Shown here piece after piece: positions 1-11,904 of a stretch of 64,000 bases of DNA (position 1 is the first letter of the stretch; every line of letters begins with the position of its first letter). A model generated the notes under the pieces. That model ran no database searches. It was given only the letters and a program-made list of their open reading frames with translations, and was not told the origin of the DNA. The stretch spans positions 65,784,001 through 65,848,000 of the forward strand of contig NW_024704743.1 of the NCBI RefSeq assembly GCF_018977255.1. The letters are read 5' to 3'. The position numbers were made by a program, and so were the translations under genes. Origin of the DNA: Callorhinchus milii. Lineage: Eukaryota.

Positions 1-283
1 TGGGAATCCAGAGGAGAAATAAGAATAAATGGGAAATCCAGATGTGAAACAAGAAGAAATGTGAAATCCAGATGTAAAATCCAGATGTGAAACAAGAAGA
101 AACGGGAAATCCAGATGTGAAAAAGGCAAATCCAGAGGAGAATTAAGAAGAAACGGGAAATCCAGATGTGAAACAAGAAGAAATGGGACATCGAGATGTG
201 AAACAAGAAGAAATGGAAAATCAAGATGTGAAACAAGTAGAAATAGGAAATCCAGATGTTAAACAAGAAGAAATGGGAAATCT
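1..283 (+). repeat. 30-bp minisatellite (GGGAAATCCAGATGTGAAACAAGAAGAAAT), about 9 imperfect units, runs off the left edge
   Basis: Units visible directly; some shortened (61-90, 105-130). Confidence 0.92.
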
Positions 284-284
284 A

Positions 285-802
285 GCACTATGCTTAAGAG
301 TATCCAAACCAAACTGTGAATTCCATGCATCCCACCTGTCTATTCCTGTGATAGATTGTTCGAATGGAATTTGGACTCGATCCCTGGTAGTCTGTATCCT
401 GCTTACCTAAGCATAAGGTGCAGGTTGGCAGGAGTCAAGGCTAGGGGACCCCACGGTACTGGTAGAATACTAACCAACGAGAACTGTATAGCTTGCTGTT
501 GAAAGCATTGATTGGCAAGCTTTCCCGCTGCTTGTCCAGCAAGAACCACTCTACTCTTCAGCTGGCAAGGTTAACAGGAGCTGAAAGGGATGACTCTCTG
601 CCCCCAGTGACTGGTCAGCCCTCCCCTCCCACCCCGAAGTCCTGCCGATAAGCCAAGTTACCTGTGTTGTCATCAGCAATGCCTTGGAGTAATGCGGACC
701 TGCCTGGTTCAGGAATTGGACTACTGAGATCACCACAGAGGGTGAGCTCGATTCCAATATTCTTTTGCCAGACATATCACCTTGGAGTTCCAAGGAGACC
801 CC
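285..802 (-). mobile_element. Unassigned dispersed retroposon 'family X' copy, tail end missing
   Basis: Colinear with 60161-60790 (CTTAAGAGTATCCAAACCAA...CAGGTTGGCA...GGTTAACAGGAGCTG...CACCTTGGAG). Confidence 0.8.
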
Positions 803-1364
803 ACTTACACATCAATTATATTTCATTGCCTAAGAATCTTTATAGTCCACAGGGGAAAATTTCTGGCCAAACATTTGTATAGATGATGGAATTTGAAGGG
901 TAAATTAAATACCTCAACCTGTGTTAAAATCCTCGCAAACTTCCATAGAATATTGTTTCCAGTATTAATTTTCTCCCCTTGTTAGTTGGTCCTCATTCAT
1001 ATGCATAAAAATCAGAATCATAAAATGAAATTATGACAGGCAATGAATGTTCCTGCAAAAACAGAAACCAGCAACCATTTAGCCTCATGCTGGAGTAGAA
1101 AATCAGATTTGTTCCAAAACGAATGTTCCATTAATACTACTACTACTACTAAATTCTTGCATTTGATACAGCGAATTAGCAATGAGTGAACTAGAAAGAA
1201 ATTCAAAAATGTGTCCTCTTCTTGCATGTAATTTTTTATAAATTGCTTTGCAACAGGACCCTCTAATTTCCATGTAGCTCTTTTCTGTCTGTGTCCCATT
1301 GTGTCACATGGCTTTACTGCATGGCGATGTTGTGCTAAATTAAGCAAAAGTTTTTAAATTGTCA

Positions 1365-1650
1365 AAATACACGTCTTCGAACTGTCTCAAAGTGCTTCAC
1401 AGAATATACTGTAAAGTGAATTGACTGTATATTTCATGGACGAAACTTGGCAGACAAATGTGCACAGTAGTGTCCCACAAACAGTCATGGATTGAGTCAC
1501 CAAATTATTATTTTAAAAATTTTATTTTTGAAGGGATTATAACCCCCGGAAAAATGATCTGCCAAATGACTAACAACCGGGATCCTACTTACTACTATGT
1601 AAACAGGCGTGTGGAGTAAGGAAACTTGCCTAACGTTGCTTAGACCGGAA
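1365..1650 (-). mobile_element. tRNA-derived SINE, long subtype, partial and decayed
   Basis: Similar to 58969-59338 in reverse. Confidence 0.8.
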
Positions 1651-1830
1651 ACCAAAAAAAAAGGCTGAAGTCATTCTTATTCCAATAGAATAAGGTAAGG
1701 AATTCTGTTTCTGTAGCACTCAGGTATTATCCTACTGTTCTCTGATGGCCTCTTTTTCTCTCGCTTTTCCTTTTTGTCTTTTTTTCACTGACTGCTGCCC
1801 TTCCTTTTTCTCCCAATGCCACAAATGCAG

Positions 1831-1925
1831 CTGAACTTGGGTATAATTACCTTGCTCAGCCACGTGAAGCTTTGTACATGTCAATCAATCTCTTCAGGCT
1901 CGCGGTTGCTATATTCTTTGAGAAG
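1831..1925 (+). CDS. Candidate 95-nt internal exon of an unidentified gene (LNLGIITLLSHVKLCTCQSISSGSRLLYSLR in phase 0->2, or ELGYNYLAQPREALYMSINLFRLAVAIFFEK in phase 1->0)
   Basis: About 105-nt AG-free pyrimidine-rich zone, CTGAC branch-like site at 1788-1792, CAG acceptor, AAG|GTAAAT donor; two open frames. Confidence 0.45.
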
Positions 1926-3034
1926 GTAAATTAACTTTGCCACGTGTTCATTGCAATAGTCTGCTTTCTGTTCTCCCTAAAAAATAAATACTCTGGGTGT
2001 TGAATGGATGTACTTGTTCCTAATTTAGATTTCAGCTCCCCTTTGCTACTATAGTTCGCTACTGTTTTAATTTTCATATATTTAGCAGCACTATCTCAGT
2101 TCCATTGCCACTACTTTCCACATGTAGATTTTTTTTCAATCAACAAATGCGTACCACTGTCTATGCTGCTCAATATTTGTACCAGCTGCTTGTCTTTACT
2201 GACTGTAAGCAGCAGTTTGACATTTACTCATGCCCATTTGTGTACAGCACAATATTGTATATTGTACATATGTGCAACTAAGTGGTTTGTTAAAAATTGA
2301 AGGATTGGATATTATTTTGTTCCATATTTAATTATAATCCAAATGAAAATGTTCTGCAAGATCCAACAATTTTGACACACAGCTGCATTGAATTTCCAAA
2401 CCCAAGACCTTCTGAATGCTGTTGTAGAATTGGAATGAACTCTTTAATTCCAACATAATTTCAAAGGTTGCTGAAAAAATCTTGCTGTATAATTGCACTC
2501 CCTTTCCAGTCATTAATATTTCTGAAGCAATGCTTTATGTTATCATTGTTAACCATGCAGCATTAAAGTCCTGTCAGGAATGTGATTTGCACTGTGTGTA
2601 AATTTTCAAACTTGACTGCAAATATCAGGCAAACAAGAAATTGATGGTTGATAAAGGTTTTTAAATCTTTCCAATTATTTTCGAAAAGCTGATTTTCATG
2701 TACAATTTTTTTGTGCATTATCTTCAAGATTAACTTGTGAATAATCACATATGGTTTAATGTTATAAGAATTCTAAATATTCAATAGGAATGAATCGGAT
2801 GTGTAGGAGGTGCTCACTCTGACACTGTTCTCAATGCCAATATTTGTGAGGCCGGGTCGCGCATTTGATTTCTGGTTTGTGGATCACAGCTGACAATTAG
2901 CAGGACAGCGACATTTTGCTAAACAAAATACTCAAAAGAGTAGAGCCGTGATTCTGCTGACCAGTGGTGGAAAATTAAATGGAAGTTTTCCGTGAGACCA
3001 TTGATGGTTTCTGCTTCAACCACATATTTAGTAC

Positions 3035-3450
3035 TCTCAGGTGGCGCAATGGTTTCACTCTCACCTCTGAATCGTGGGTTGGGGGTTCAAATTCCATTAT
3101 GGAACTTGAACTTACATAGTCTAAGCTGACACTCCAGTGCAGTGCTGGGGGTGGTGTTGCATTGTCAAAGGTGCCGTCCTTCGGATGAGATGTTAAACCG
3201 AGGTCCCGTCTGCCTGTTCAGGTAGATGTTAAAGATCTGATCCAATGGCGCTATTTGAAAAGAGAAGGGCGTTTTTCCCGGTGTCCTGGCCAACAATCCC
3301 CCGAATAAATTGTTTACTCATTTTCTGGCTATTTGTGGGACGTTGCTGGGTGCAAGTGTACTGCTGCGTTCGTCTACAAATACACAGTCGCTCCATTTCA
3401 TAATAAATCCTGTGAAACACTTTGAGGCATTCATCCAATATGATGAGGCC
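3035..3450 (+). mobile_element. Deu-domain SINE (SacSINE1/AmnSINE1 superfamily-like), near full length
   Basis: GGTGCCGTCCTTCGGATGAGATGTTAAACCGAGGTCCCGTCTGCC...GGTGTCCTGGCCAA Deu domain; decayed tRNA-like head; L2-type tail. Confidence 0.85.
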
Positions 3451-3509
3451 CTACATGTCCTGGATGTCTACAGTCAATTCCATCTTGACACAGTTCTCAA
3501 AGCATTGAA

Positions 3510-3690
3510 AACAGTGAAGTGAATGACCAATTTTATGTATTTGGGATATTGTTGGCCAGGATACTGGGAGAAACTCCCTTCTCTTTTTGAATAGTGCCAT
3601 TGGATCATTAACATCCACCTGACCAGGAAGACAGGACCTCTGTTTAATGTCTTTTCTGAAGGACGGCACCTCTGTGAGCTCAAAGTCCTG
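3510..3690 (-). mobile_element. Deu-SINE fragment, inverted relative to the preceding copy
   Basis: Reverse complement of the Deu domain. Confidence 0.8.
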
Positions 3691-5639
3691 ACTTTTTCAA
3701 ATGAACGTTTAAGATCCTATATTACTATTTTTTCAAAAAAATGGAGCTTCCCCTGGTTTCCTGGCCCAAGATAAAATTGGTCACTCACTTCATGACTATT
3801 TGTGAGATATTGCTGGTTGCAAATTGGCTGTCACTTCCGCTTACAAATACATAGTCGCTATACTTCAGAGTAAAATCCTGTGAAATGGTTTAAGATGTCA
3901 GCTTTGAAATCCATTTTGAGATGTGACCATATTGCACTGAATGTTTGCATTTTACTGCAGCATCAGACTAACCCAGTAGTGGTCTGATTAAAAACCACAG
4001 CCCAATTAATTTTTGAACCCAGCCAAAGCACATGTTCCCTGTACGTAAATAAGAGAAAGAACAGGCATAGCGATGAATTGGCTCAGTTAACAACTGTTTT
4101 TATATAAAAATACAAATTATGAAAATCCACTGGTCATTCAGCTTCTGAAGAGAAAGATACAGTAAAGAACTGAAAACCTAACACTGTTTTTTACCGTCTT
4201 CTATTCTGTAAAGTTGCTCCTTAGCCCTTTGTTGAAGTTCTAATGATGAGTTCTTCCCTGAAAGGTTAGTGTATCATTGCCAATTGGTCTATTGTAGATT
4301 TCCAGTATTTTGTTATTATTTCTAACATTTTGAAGGTTCTAAACTGTTCTTATATGCTGTCTGTGTCAACTCACTGGCTGGGAGAAAGTAACTCATTCTC
4401 TTGCTTGGTACAGTGATCAGACGCCCAACATTTCTCCTCATCTTAGCCTTATCACCACCGTCTTAAAATTTAAGGTTGTGTAGAATTGTGAAAATTCTTA
4501 ATATGGAAGCTGTTTATATTTTAAAGTCTTCTAAATTAGGATAGAATTTAAGAATTTTCTGAAATTCTGCATGAATCTAAATTAAGACTCTTAGCCTTAA
4601 GGTTATGTTCATTAGAAATTCTGTGCCTCAAGGTTGCTAAATTGCTGAGATATTATTGGGTAAGTTTGTCTTTCAAATTCTAGCTCTATTGATATGTAAT
4701 ATGCTGCTTACTTAAATAGACTAGTGGCTACATTTTGAATAAAATAATGGAAATGATCACAAGAGCGCAGTGAATGACGAGTTGTCTCCAGCGATATCCT
4801 GGACAAGACTCCCTTTCTGACTCTTCTCTTGCTTTAAGTAATTCGTATTTGGTTGGCTCCCAAGGTGCATATTCTTGAGTGTTTTCTGTACTTATCCAGC
4901 GATGGGAACACCGCTCTTTCAGTTAATTATTGGGATCTAAATGTTTCCAGATGATAGACGCCTTTTGGTTTTGAATACTGGCAACTGACCCATTTTCGTC
5001 ATAAAGTATGACATGACCTTGGGTCAAGTTTTACTGGGATTGATATTGGTTTGACCTTTACTAGCTCTTGTGAACATTTTGACCTAACTGGGATTAATGG
5101 TTATTTTAACAAAAGGTAGCGACCAGTTTCAGTGTAAATTGTAGTGACTGTGTGCAATATAAGTGCAATTTGTTGTGTATTTTGTAGGCAAATGCAGCAG
5201 CAGCATTGGTGCACACAGTAATGTCCCACAAACAGCCTTGAAATAAGTAATACATCTTTATCCATTTATATCTAGGGGATTTATGATCAAGATACTGATA
5301 GAAACTCCCATCTCTTTTCAACCAGAGTAAAAAAACTCAGAGACGCTACCCCACGTGAAGGGTGCTATAGAAATGCAAGTTGTTGTGGAGTGATTGTACA
5401 GTAAAGAGAAATAGAGGAGACTGAGAAGCTAAGAGAGAAGTGCATTATAAATTATCTTATTCAATTTATGGTTTGATTTAAGGTCTTCCCTGTACTGAAA
5501 AAAAGGAAACAACTGAATTGTTTCCTTATTACGGAAAAATAAGGAAACAACTGCAGAACAAGAAAATTTGGCAGAAAATATAAGGAAGATTAGGAATCAG
5601 GGTTTAAAATGTAATGGTTTCAAATTTGATTCCTAAATA

Positions 5640-6055
5640 ATAATCCTTACATTTGATATAGTACCAAAAGCATTGAAAAGTCTGAAGGTCCTGTACTGAA
5701 AATTACTGTCAAATGCAGTGACTGTGTATTTATAGGCAACCCAGCAGTCAATTTGTGCACAGCAAGCTCCCACAAACAGCCATGAAGTGAATTAGGAGAA
5801 TAGTTGGTCAATTTTATTTGGAAAGGGTTATTGTTTAGGACACTGGGAAAAGTTTCTTTCTCTTTCTGAATGTTGTTATGAGATCTTTAACTTCCACCTG
5901 AACAAGTGAACAGATCGGACTTAACTTCTTATCCCAAAGATGGCAGCTGTGACAGTGCAACAGTGTCTCAGTAGCACACTAGAATGTCAGCATGGGGTTT
6001 GAACCCAGAACCTTTTGGCCCAGATGCACGATTGAAACCAAATGAGCTATGCTTG
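5640..6055 (-). mobile_element. Deu-SINE, decayed near full-length copy
   Basis: Tail, Deu domain and head (GGGTTTGAACCCAG) in reverse; further fragments at about 5100-5325, 6330-6540 and 8080-8325. Confidence 0.75.
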
Positions 6056-7567
6056 CACACAGTAAGGATTCACAGCTGCAATTGGGGTCTTCTTTGGACA
6101 AGCTAAGAGTACGCTGACCCATAGGAATTCTGCTCTGGAGGTAGATACCTGAGAGACGCACCATGAATCACTTTTAGGGTCACATTGAGAGCTAATTTGT
6201 GGTATTCTTAAGAGGATTCTTTAATGAGGAATCTGAATTGGGCATATGGGAATTACTTTGATAACTGGAAATTTATCATGCCAATGCACAGGAACTCTGC
6301 TTTGACACAAACTACTTTGAGAGTGGAATTAATAATAATAATTTTTGCATTTAATATAGTGCTGAATCATGACACCAAAACATCTCAAAATGCTTCACAA
6401 GATTTACTATAAAGTGCACTGACTATGTGTTTGTAGGCAAATGTGGCAGCCAATTTTGTATGCAGCAATATCCCACAAATAGTTATGAAGTGAATGATTC
6501 ATGAATACCTGAACAGGCAGACATGATCAAGGTTTAATGTCTCCTGTGGGTGAACAGGAATTCTAACAAGCTTCTGTATTAGAGAATCTCAATAAGAATC
6601 TATTGTCAGTTTCCTTGCAAATATTTGATGAGCACCTGATGCTAACTTGATGCTTTTTAGGAAAAACATTATCCTGGTAGGGATGGTTATCCAACAGAAT
6701 TCCTAAATATTGATTCAAGACATTATACTGATAATAACAAATGATAATGGAATAAGAAATATTTGTGAGCATTCAAATGCTTTGAGACATCCTATTAATG
6801 TGAAAGGCGGTGTATAAATATAAATTATATTGTACTAGAAAGTTGAGTAAATGGTTGTATTTCTCAGAATGTTTTTTACTTGAAAGCATTTAGCACCTGT
6901 GGTTTCCAAATTCTGGCTATTTTAGTCAAGTAATTCAATGCTTTAAGGCTTAACACAGTCTGTGCATATTTGTCAGGGTTCCAAACAGTACCCTGCATGT
7001 ATTTTGTTTTCCTTCTCCTTTTACTGTTGGTCTGTGCATGAATTCCAGGCTAAAGGCAATAGACCGAACAACCTACTTCCAGGCCTCTACTTCCCCTCTG
7101 TCAATTCTGTAACTGGCTTCTTTTAATGGGTCAATTATAATGTCCACATTGTAGGGATTCACGGCAAATCTTCACATCAAACTGAAGCATATTGCATCTT
7201 TCGGATGGCCCTATTCGATTTTCACAAAAGTTGTCTCAGGGAACAAGTCTCACGTAGGTTTCAGTTTTGCACTGGGTGAAAGTGCCTGCATAGTTCTGTT
7301 TTCTTTGCACTGAACCCAGCCTGCAAGCAGTGCGGAGCTGGCAATAAGACTCCTGGCTCCTTGCTTATGTCTGGACCTGGTGCCTGCAGATAACTGGGCC
7401 ATAAGGAATTAATTATAGTGGCCCAAAGTGAGATACTCTATTGTTAACTCTTAACTTGTTCAGCACTTTTCCAACATTGGAAATTGTGTGAGCCTCATTA
7501 AATTTGAGAATCAATATTCAAAGATTTTTCAACATCGCTGTATCCTATTCTGAAGACTTTAAATCTT

Positions 7568-7682
7568 GTTTTTGGTCAGCTGGGTGTCTGACACATATGA
7601 AAACCCATCACAATGCTGAAGAGTATCTAGACAAAACTGAGAGTCCCATGCATCCCACCTAGACGTGGAAATTCCTGTGATT
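7568..7682 (-). mobile_element. Family X tail-proximal fragment
   Basis: TTTTTGGTCAGCTGGGTGTCTGAC...GAAGAGTATC...CCATGCATCCCACCTA. Confidence 0.75.
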
Positions 7683-7896
7683 AAATCATATACTTAAAAT
7701 TCTACAGTTTACCTAACTGCTGGGTAAAATATAAGTACTCAACCTATCATGATTTTTAAACAAGTTACAGGTCGCGTTTCAAAATCATTGAAACTGGAGC
7801 TCTGTTTCATGTTGCATCGTCATTAGCTCACATACAACATGAAGATTTTGTCTGAGAGTTACCATGGGTATTATGCAAGATAAAAATAATGATCCT

Positions 7897-7933
7897 TGTT
7901 CTGACGAAAGGTCGTGGACCCGAAACATTGACT
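7897..7933 (+). ncRNA. Minimal type I hammerhead ribozyme motif (PLE-associated), probably decayed
   Basis: Core CUGACGA 7901-7907, stem II GGUC/GACC, GAAA 7922-7925, short helix III and UH site, stem I GUU/GAC. Confidence 0.6.
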
Positions 7934-8000
7934 CACTTTCTTTTCTCCATAGATGCTGCCTGACCTGCTGAGTGTTCCCAGTGACTTCTGTTTTTATTTG
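7897..8000 (+). mobile_element. Penelope-like element terminal (pLTR) fragment
   Basis: CTGACGAAAGGTC..GACCCGAAAC..AGATGCTGCCTGACCTGCTGAGTGTTCCCAG; same sequence in reverse at 36075-36215 and 63275-63375. Confidence 0.75.
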
Positions 8001-8789
8001 TTGTTAATGATTTGCATTTGATATGTCATGAGTATGTCTCAATGCGCTTCACAAAATATATACAATACAAAAAATACAAAATTACATTTGTATGGCACCT
8101 TTCACATCGGGAGGATGTCCCAAGGCGCTGGTAATATACTGTAAAGTGTAGTGGCTGTATATTTTGTAAGCAAATGCAGAAGCCCATGTGCACTCAGCAA
8201 CGTCTCACAAACAGCCATGAAATTATTGACCAATTTTATTTTGGGAGTTTGTTGGCCAGGACACTGGGAGAAACTCCTATCTAGGGATCTTTAATGTCCA
8301 CCTGAAAAGGCAGACAGGACCGTGGCTCTGTAAATTTTGATAACCATGTGTAAACTATGTGTAATTATGTTGTGTTGCACAGGTTGTGTGAACCATGTGT
8401 AAACCACATATAAATTCATTGTTTCCCTGACCTATCTGCCCCACCATTGGTGGGTGAGCTTTCAACTATTTTGTCCCTGCTCTGTGGAAATCCACCCTGA
8501 GTCCCTCTCTCGCCTCTCCCTCCCTCCTCTCTTTTAAAACCTGTCTGAAGACTCACCTTTTTCGATCACGTCTTTGCACCTTTTTCAGCTCCTCCCAGCT
8601 TGGGTGCTCAGCAGCTGTGTAAAGCACTTTGAGGTGTCCTCCCAATGTGAAAGATGTACATTTTTATTGTATTCTAAATACATGTGTACAGACGAATTAC
8701 AGATGCCCTTGATTAGATAATTAATAACCAATGAATAGGAATATAGATTCATTATTAATTAACTCACCTAATAGATTGGCTTATTGCTC

Positions 8790-9000
8790 CTAGCTGGACA
8801 AGTGTTTGTCAGTGTTTGCACAAGACAAGTTTTAGCTGGTTAAACTTCAGCAGTACCCCAATATATACTCTGGTGTCCCCAAGTTTTAGCTCTTGTCAAC
8901 CTGCACCCAATATTCTGTAGGACTAGGTAAGCTTGGTGCTCCTTTCAGGGAGACAGTCCAAACTCCATACCAGACAAACAGAAACTATATGTGGAACTTT
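8790..9000 (+). mobile_element. Family X fragment, opposite orientation
   Basis: AGTTTTAGCTGGTTAAACTTCAGCAGTACCCCA...CTCTTGTCAACCTGCACC is the reverse complement of 60300-60480. Confidence 0.7.
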
Positions 9001-9288
9001 CAGCAGTTTGTTTTTTTAAGCATGATAATGGTGATGGGTTTCCATCTCCACGCTTGGATGATGGCTACTTAAAAAGACATAGCCAATGTTTAATTGTGAT
9101 GCGATTGTTACTGACTGTTTGTTATCTTCACCTCATGTAATTAGCATTGTACATTTGGAAATGCAGACTACTTGTCAAATATACATTGATGAGGAATTGT
9201 TCCAGCTGTGTGAAACACTTTGAAACGTCCTTCTGCCTTGGAGCTGAATTGGTTCCGAAGTGATGTGCTTGGCAAGTAAATGTTAGAA

Positions 9289-9505
9289 TCTCCCCTCTTT
9301 GTCCCCCAATCCCTCTTCCCCCCCATCCCTCTTCCCCCCCATCCCTCTTCTGCCCCCATCCCTCTTCCCCCCACCCAATCCCTCTCCCACCCCCCCCATC
9401 CCTCTTCCCCCCCCAATCCCTCTTCCCCTCCTTTCCTCTTCTTCTCCATCCCTCTCCATCCTCCCCCTCTCCCACAACCCCCCTCTTCCAATCCCCATTC
9501 CCCCT
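9289..9505. repeat. Pyrimidine-rich tandem repeat, unit about CCCCCCATCCCTCTT
   Basis: Seen directly; explains the Pro/Gly-rich ORFs in the track. Confidence 0.92.
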
Positions 9506-10721
9506 CTGCTCCATGTGTTTGTTCTGTTGTATCCACTTTGGTACCGGTCTTTATTAAGCAGCCAACCTACAAGTGTTGATTGAATTGGAATCTATTTCCC
9601 TTGTGTTGAGTTTGATAGCAGTAAATTCCACATTGCACATACAGAGGGAGCTCTTAGTATGCAAACAGGACTTTGTGTCAGATCTGTATGTCTGGACACA
9701 TCAGTTACAGAGGTGTTTTATAGCATCATGTGCTTTGATCCGGAGCTTTGCCCCTGCTGTGGCTGGTGAGCCAGTGTGGTATGTTATTATTAAATCCAGG
9801 CAAGAAGCTATGGTTGGTTGATTAAGAATGTATAAGATTTTGCCAATTAAAATATTGTTGTAGCTGAAACCAGTCTTAGCATAGCACCTGCCCAGGAGAG
9901 GAAAGTAAATTTCACACATGCCAACCTTAACATATTAGTGTTAAACTAACACTGTTAGAAACAATCTTCAGAAAACACATTAAAAGAAATATTTTTAACA
10001 CAATTCACCAATAGTACAAAAACACCATACCTTCCTTTCCCTCTGTCTCATGCACAGACACAGGCTCACCATCAGTTATTGCAACTTTTTGGATCTGAAT
10101 TGGATTCATTTGGACTCTGCTGGCTTCAAGTTTTAAGAAAAAAAACATTTTTTTTGTAAGAATTTAGTTTTTCCTTGGTCTGGATGGCCTGAATCCTAAA
10201 AGATGTCACTGTCACAGCAGGACAACTCAACAGTTTGACTTGCTTCAAAATTTAAGTCATACCAAACATAGATGTAGTGTTGACAGCAGACTATTGCCAG
10301 TAGATGGAAAATGGATGGCGGTGTTGGAGCTGGATTTTCTTTTTAATCTGATGAAACCGTCAGATCTATCTTTATGATGGTCTAATGGAAAAAGAGAATG
10401 TGCCTGATTTACCTGGCAGTCTAGAAAGAGTCTTCCCATTCACTTGTTATGTCTCCAGACATAGGATTGAACTGTCTAGAATTTTTGAGAGACCAAATCC
10501 AAATCTAACTGCAAAGTCCAATGTTGTTGGTTAATAATACCTAAAACACATGTTTTTCTGACTCTCTATCTGTTGGTGTCTTTCACACACATTTATGCAC
10601 ATGTTGCATATTCTTTTCTCTCACTATGAACTCAAATTAAGCACTTTGAGATGTAGTCCGAACATGAAAGGAGCCAGTGTGTTCCCTGTTTGATAATAGT
10701 AGTACGTAGGAATCCAGTTCT

Positions 10722-11047
10722 TAATAATAATAATAATAATAATCCTTGCATTTTGATATAGCGCTTTTCACGTCGGGAAGACTCCCAAAGCGCTTCACAG
10801 AACACACTATAAAGTTAATTGACTGTATATTTGTGGGCGAACGCGGCAGCCAATTGCGCACAGCAATGTCCCACAAACGGTCGTAGATTGAAAATGACCA
10901 ATTTATTATTGTTTTTGGTTTTGGAGGGATTATTAGTAGGCTCTGTGTGAAGTAAGGAAACTTGCCCAAGGTTTCGTCCTGCCTGGAATTGAACTCAGGT
11001 CTCTCGCTTGCAAAGCGAGTGCTCTAACCACTGAGCTACAGGACTCC
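10722..11047 (-). mobile_element. tRNA(Ala)-headed SINE, short subtype, full length
   Basis: Reverse strand GGAGTCCTGTAGCTCAGTGGTTAGAGCACTCGCTTTGCAAGCGAG (A box, TGC anticodon arm), GTTCAATTCC B box, L2-like tail, (ATT)n. Confidence 0.92.
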
Positions 11048-11099
11048 ACAAAGTCAATTGGCGGATTGCTTTCCAGGGGTAATAATCCCTCAAAAAAAG

Positions 11100-11195
11100 A
11101 TTATTATTATAATATAATAATGATTTAATATAATAATATAATAATGTAATATAATATAATGTAATTATAATTTAATATAATAATATATAATAATC
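11100..11195. repeat. AT-rich (ATAAT)n-like low-complexity tract
   Basis: Seen directly. Confidence 0.85.
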
Positions 11196-11475
11196 TGCAT
11201 GTCTCTGTTTACCTAGCAGTAAGTAGGAACCTGTTTGTTAGTTGATTGGCAGATCGCTTTTCTGGGGTAATAATTCCTTCAAAGTAATAATAATAGTAAT
11301 AAATTGGTCACTTTAATCCATAACTATTTGTGGGACATTGCTGTGCGCAATTGGCTACCGCGTTTCACCCACAAAATATAAAGTCAATTCACTTTATAGT
11401 ATATTCTGTGAAGTGCTTTGAGATGTCTCAAAGACGTGATAAGGCACTATATCAAATGCAAGGATTATTATTATT
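11196..11475 (+). mobile_element. tRNA-SINE long subtype, 5' truncated
   Basis: TCTGTTTACCTAGCAGTAAGTAGGAACC...TATCAAATGCAAGGATTATTATT. Confidence 0.88.
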
Positions 11476-11904
11476 CTAATATTATTATTATATTTATGTA
11501 TGAAATTTGGAAGCTTTTTCTTTGGGCATAAAAATAGGTTCTGCAATCAAAATCTACAACACACCTCATTAACTACTTATTTATAATCCAGAGTAATTCA
11601 CTCTGCGAATTCTGTCCCTTTTGTCTGTGTTAACACAAGTGATCTTTTATGACTTTTACATTTGCACTAATATTCTCAAAACTCATTTTAGAAAGACAAG
11701 GCATGTCAGTTTGGAAAGAATATGCAATGGGGTGTACATTCCTTGAAATATATTTTCATAATTTCCATAAATTTATGCCTCTTCAATGCCAACCTGCCAG
11801 ATACACATGGCACTATCTTCTTATCTCTGCTGTGCTCAGAAAATAGTAGACATGCTGCAATGCAGAGTAGTGCACATGCATACCTTATATAGTATTGTAG
11901 AATT

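Noticed and set aside
1..283. CRISPR-like array
   Set aside because: Repeats are head-to-tail with no unique spacers, there are no cas genes, and the context is eukaryotic.
1689..1694. 6-nt microexon (TAG|AATAAG|GTAAGG)
   Set aside because: Short pyrimidine tract next to a SINE remnant; signals are compatible with chance.
3178..3205. Ribozyme in the Deu domain (CGGATGAG...TAAACCG)
   Set aside because: Does not match the CUGANGA/GAAA core; it is the standard Deu-domain stem-loop.
4110..4325. Additional PLE/hammerhead remnants
   Set aside because: Too degenerate (CTAATGA...TGAAAGG) to support a call.
9128..9583. Gly/Pro-rich ORFs on both strands
   Set aside because: Translations of a low-complexity tandem repeat.
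10975..11047. tRNA-Ala gene (also at 16800, 38280, 44160, 49120)
   Set aside because: No complete acceptor stem, and each continues into the SINE body; these are SINE heads.
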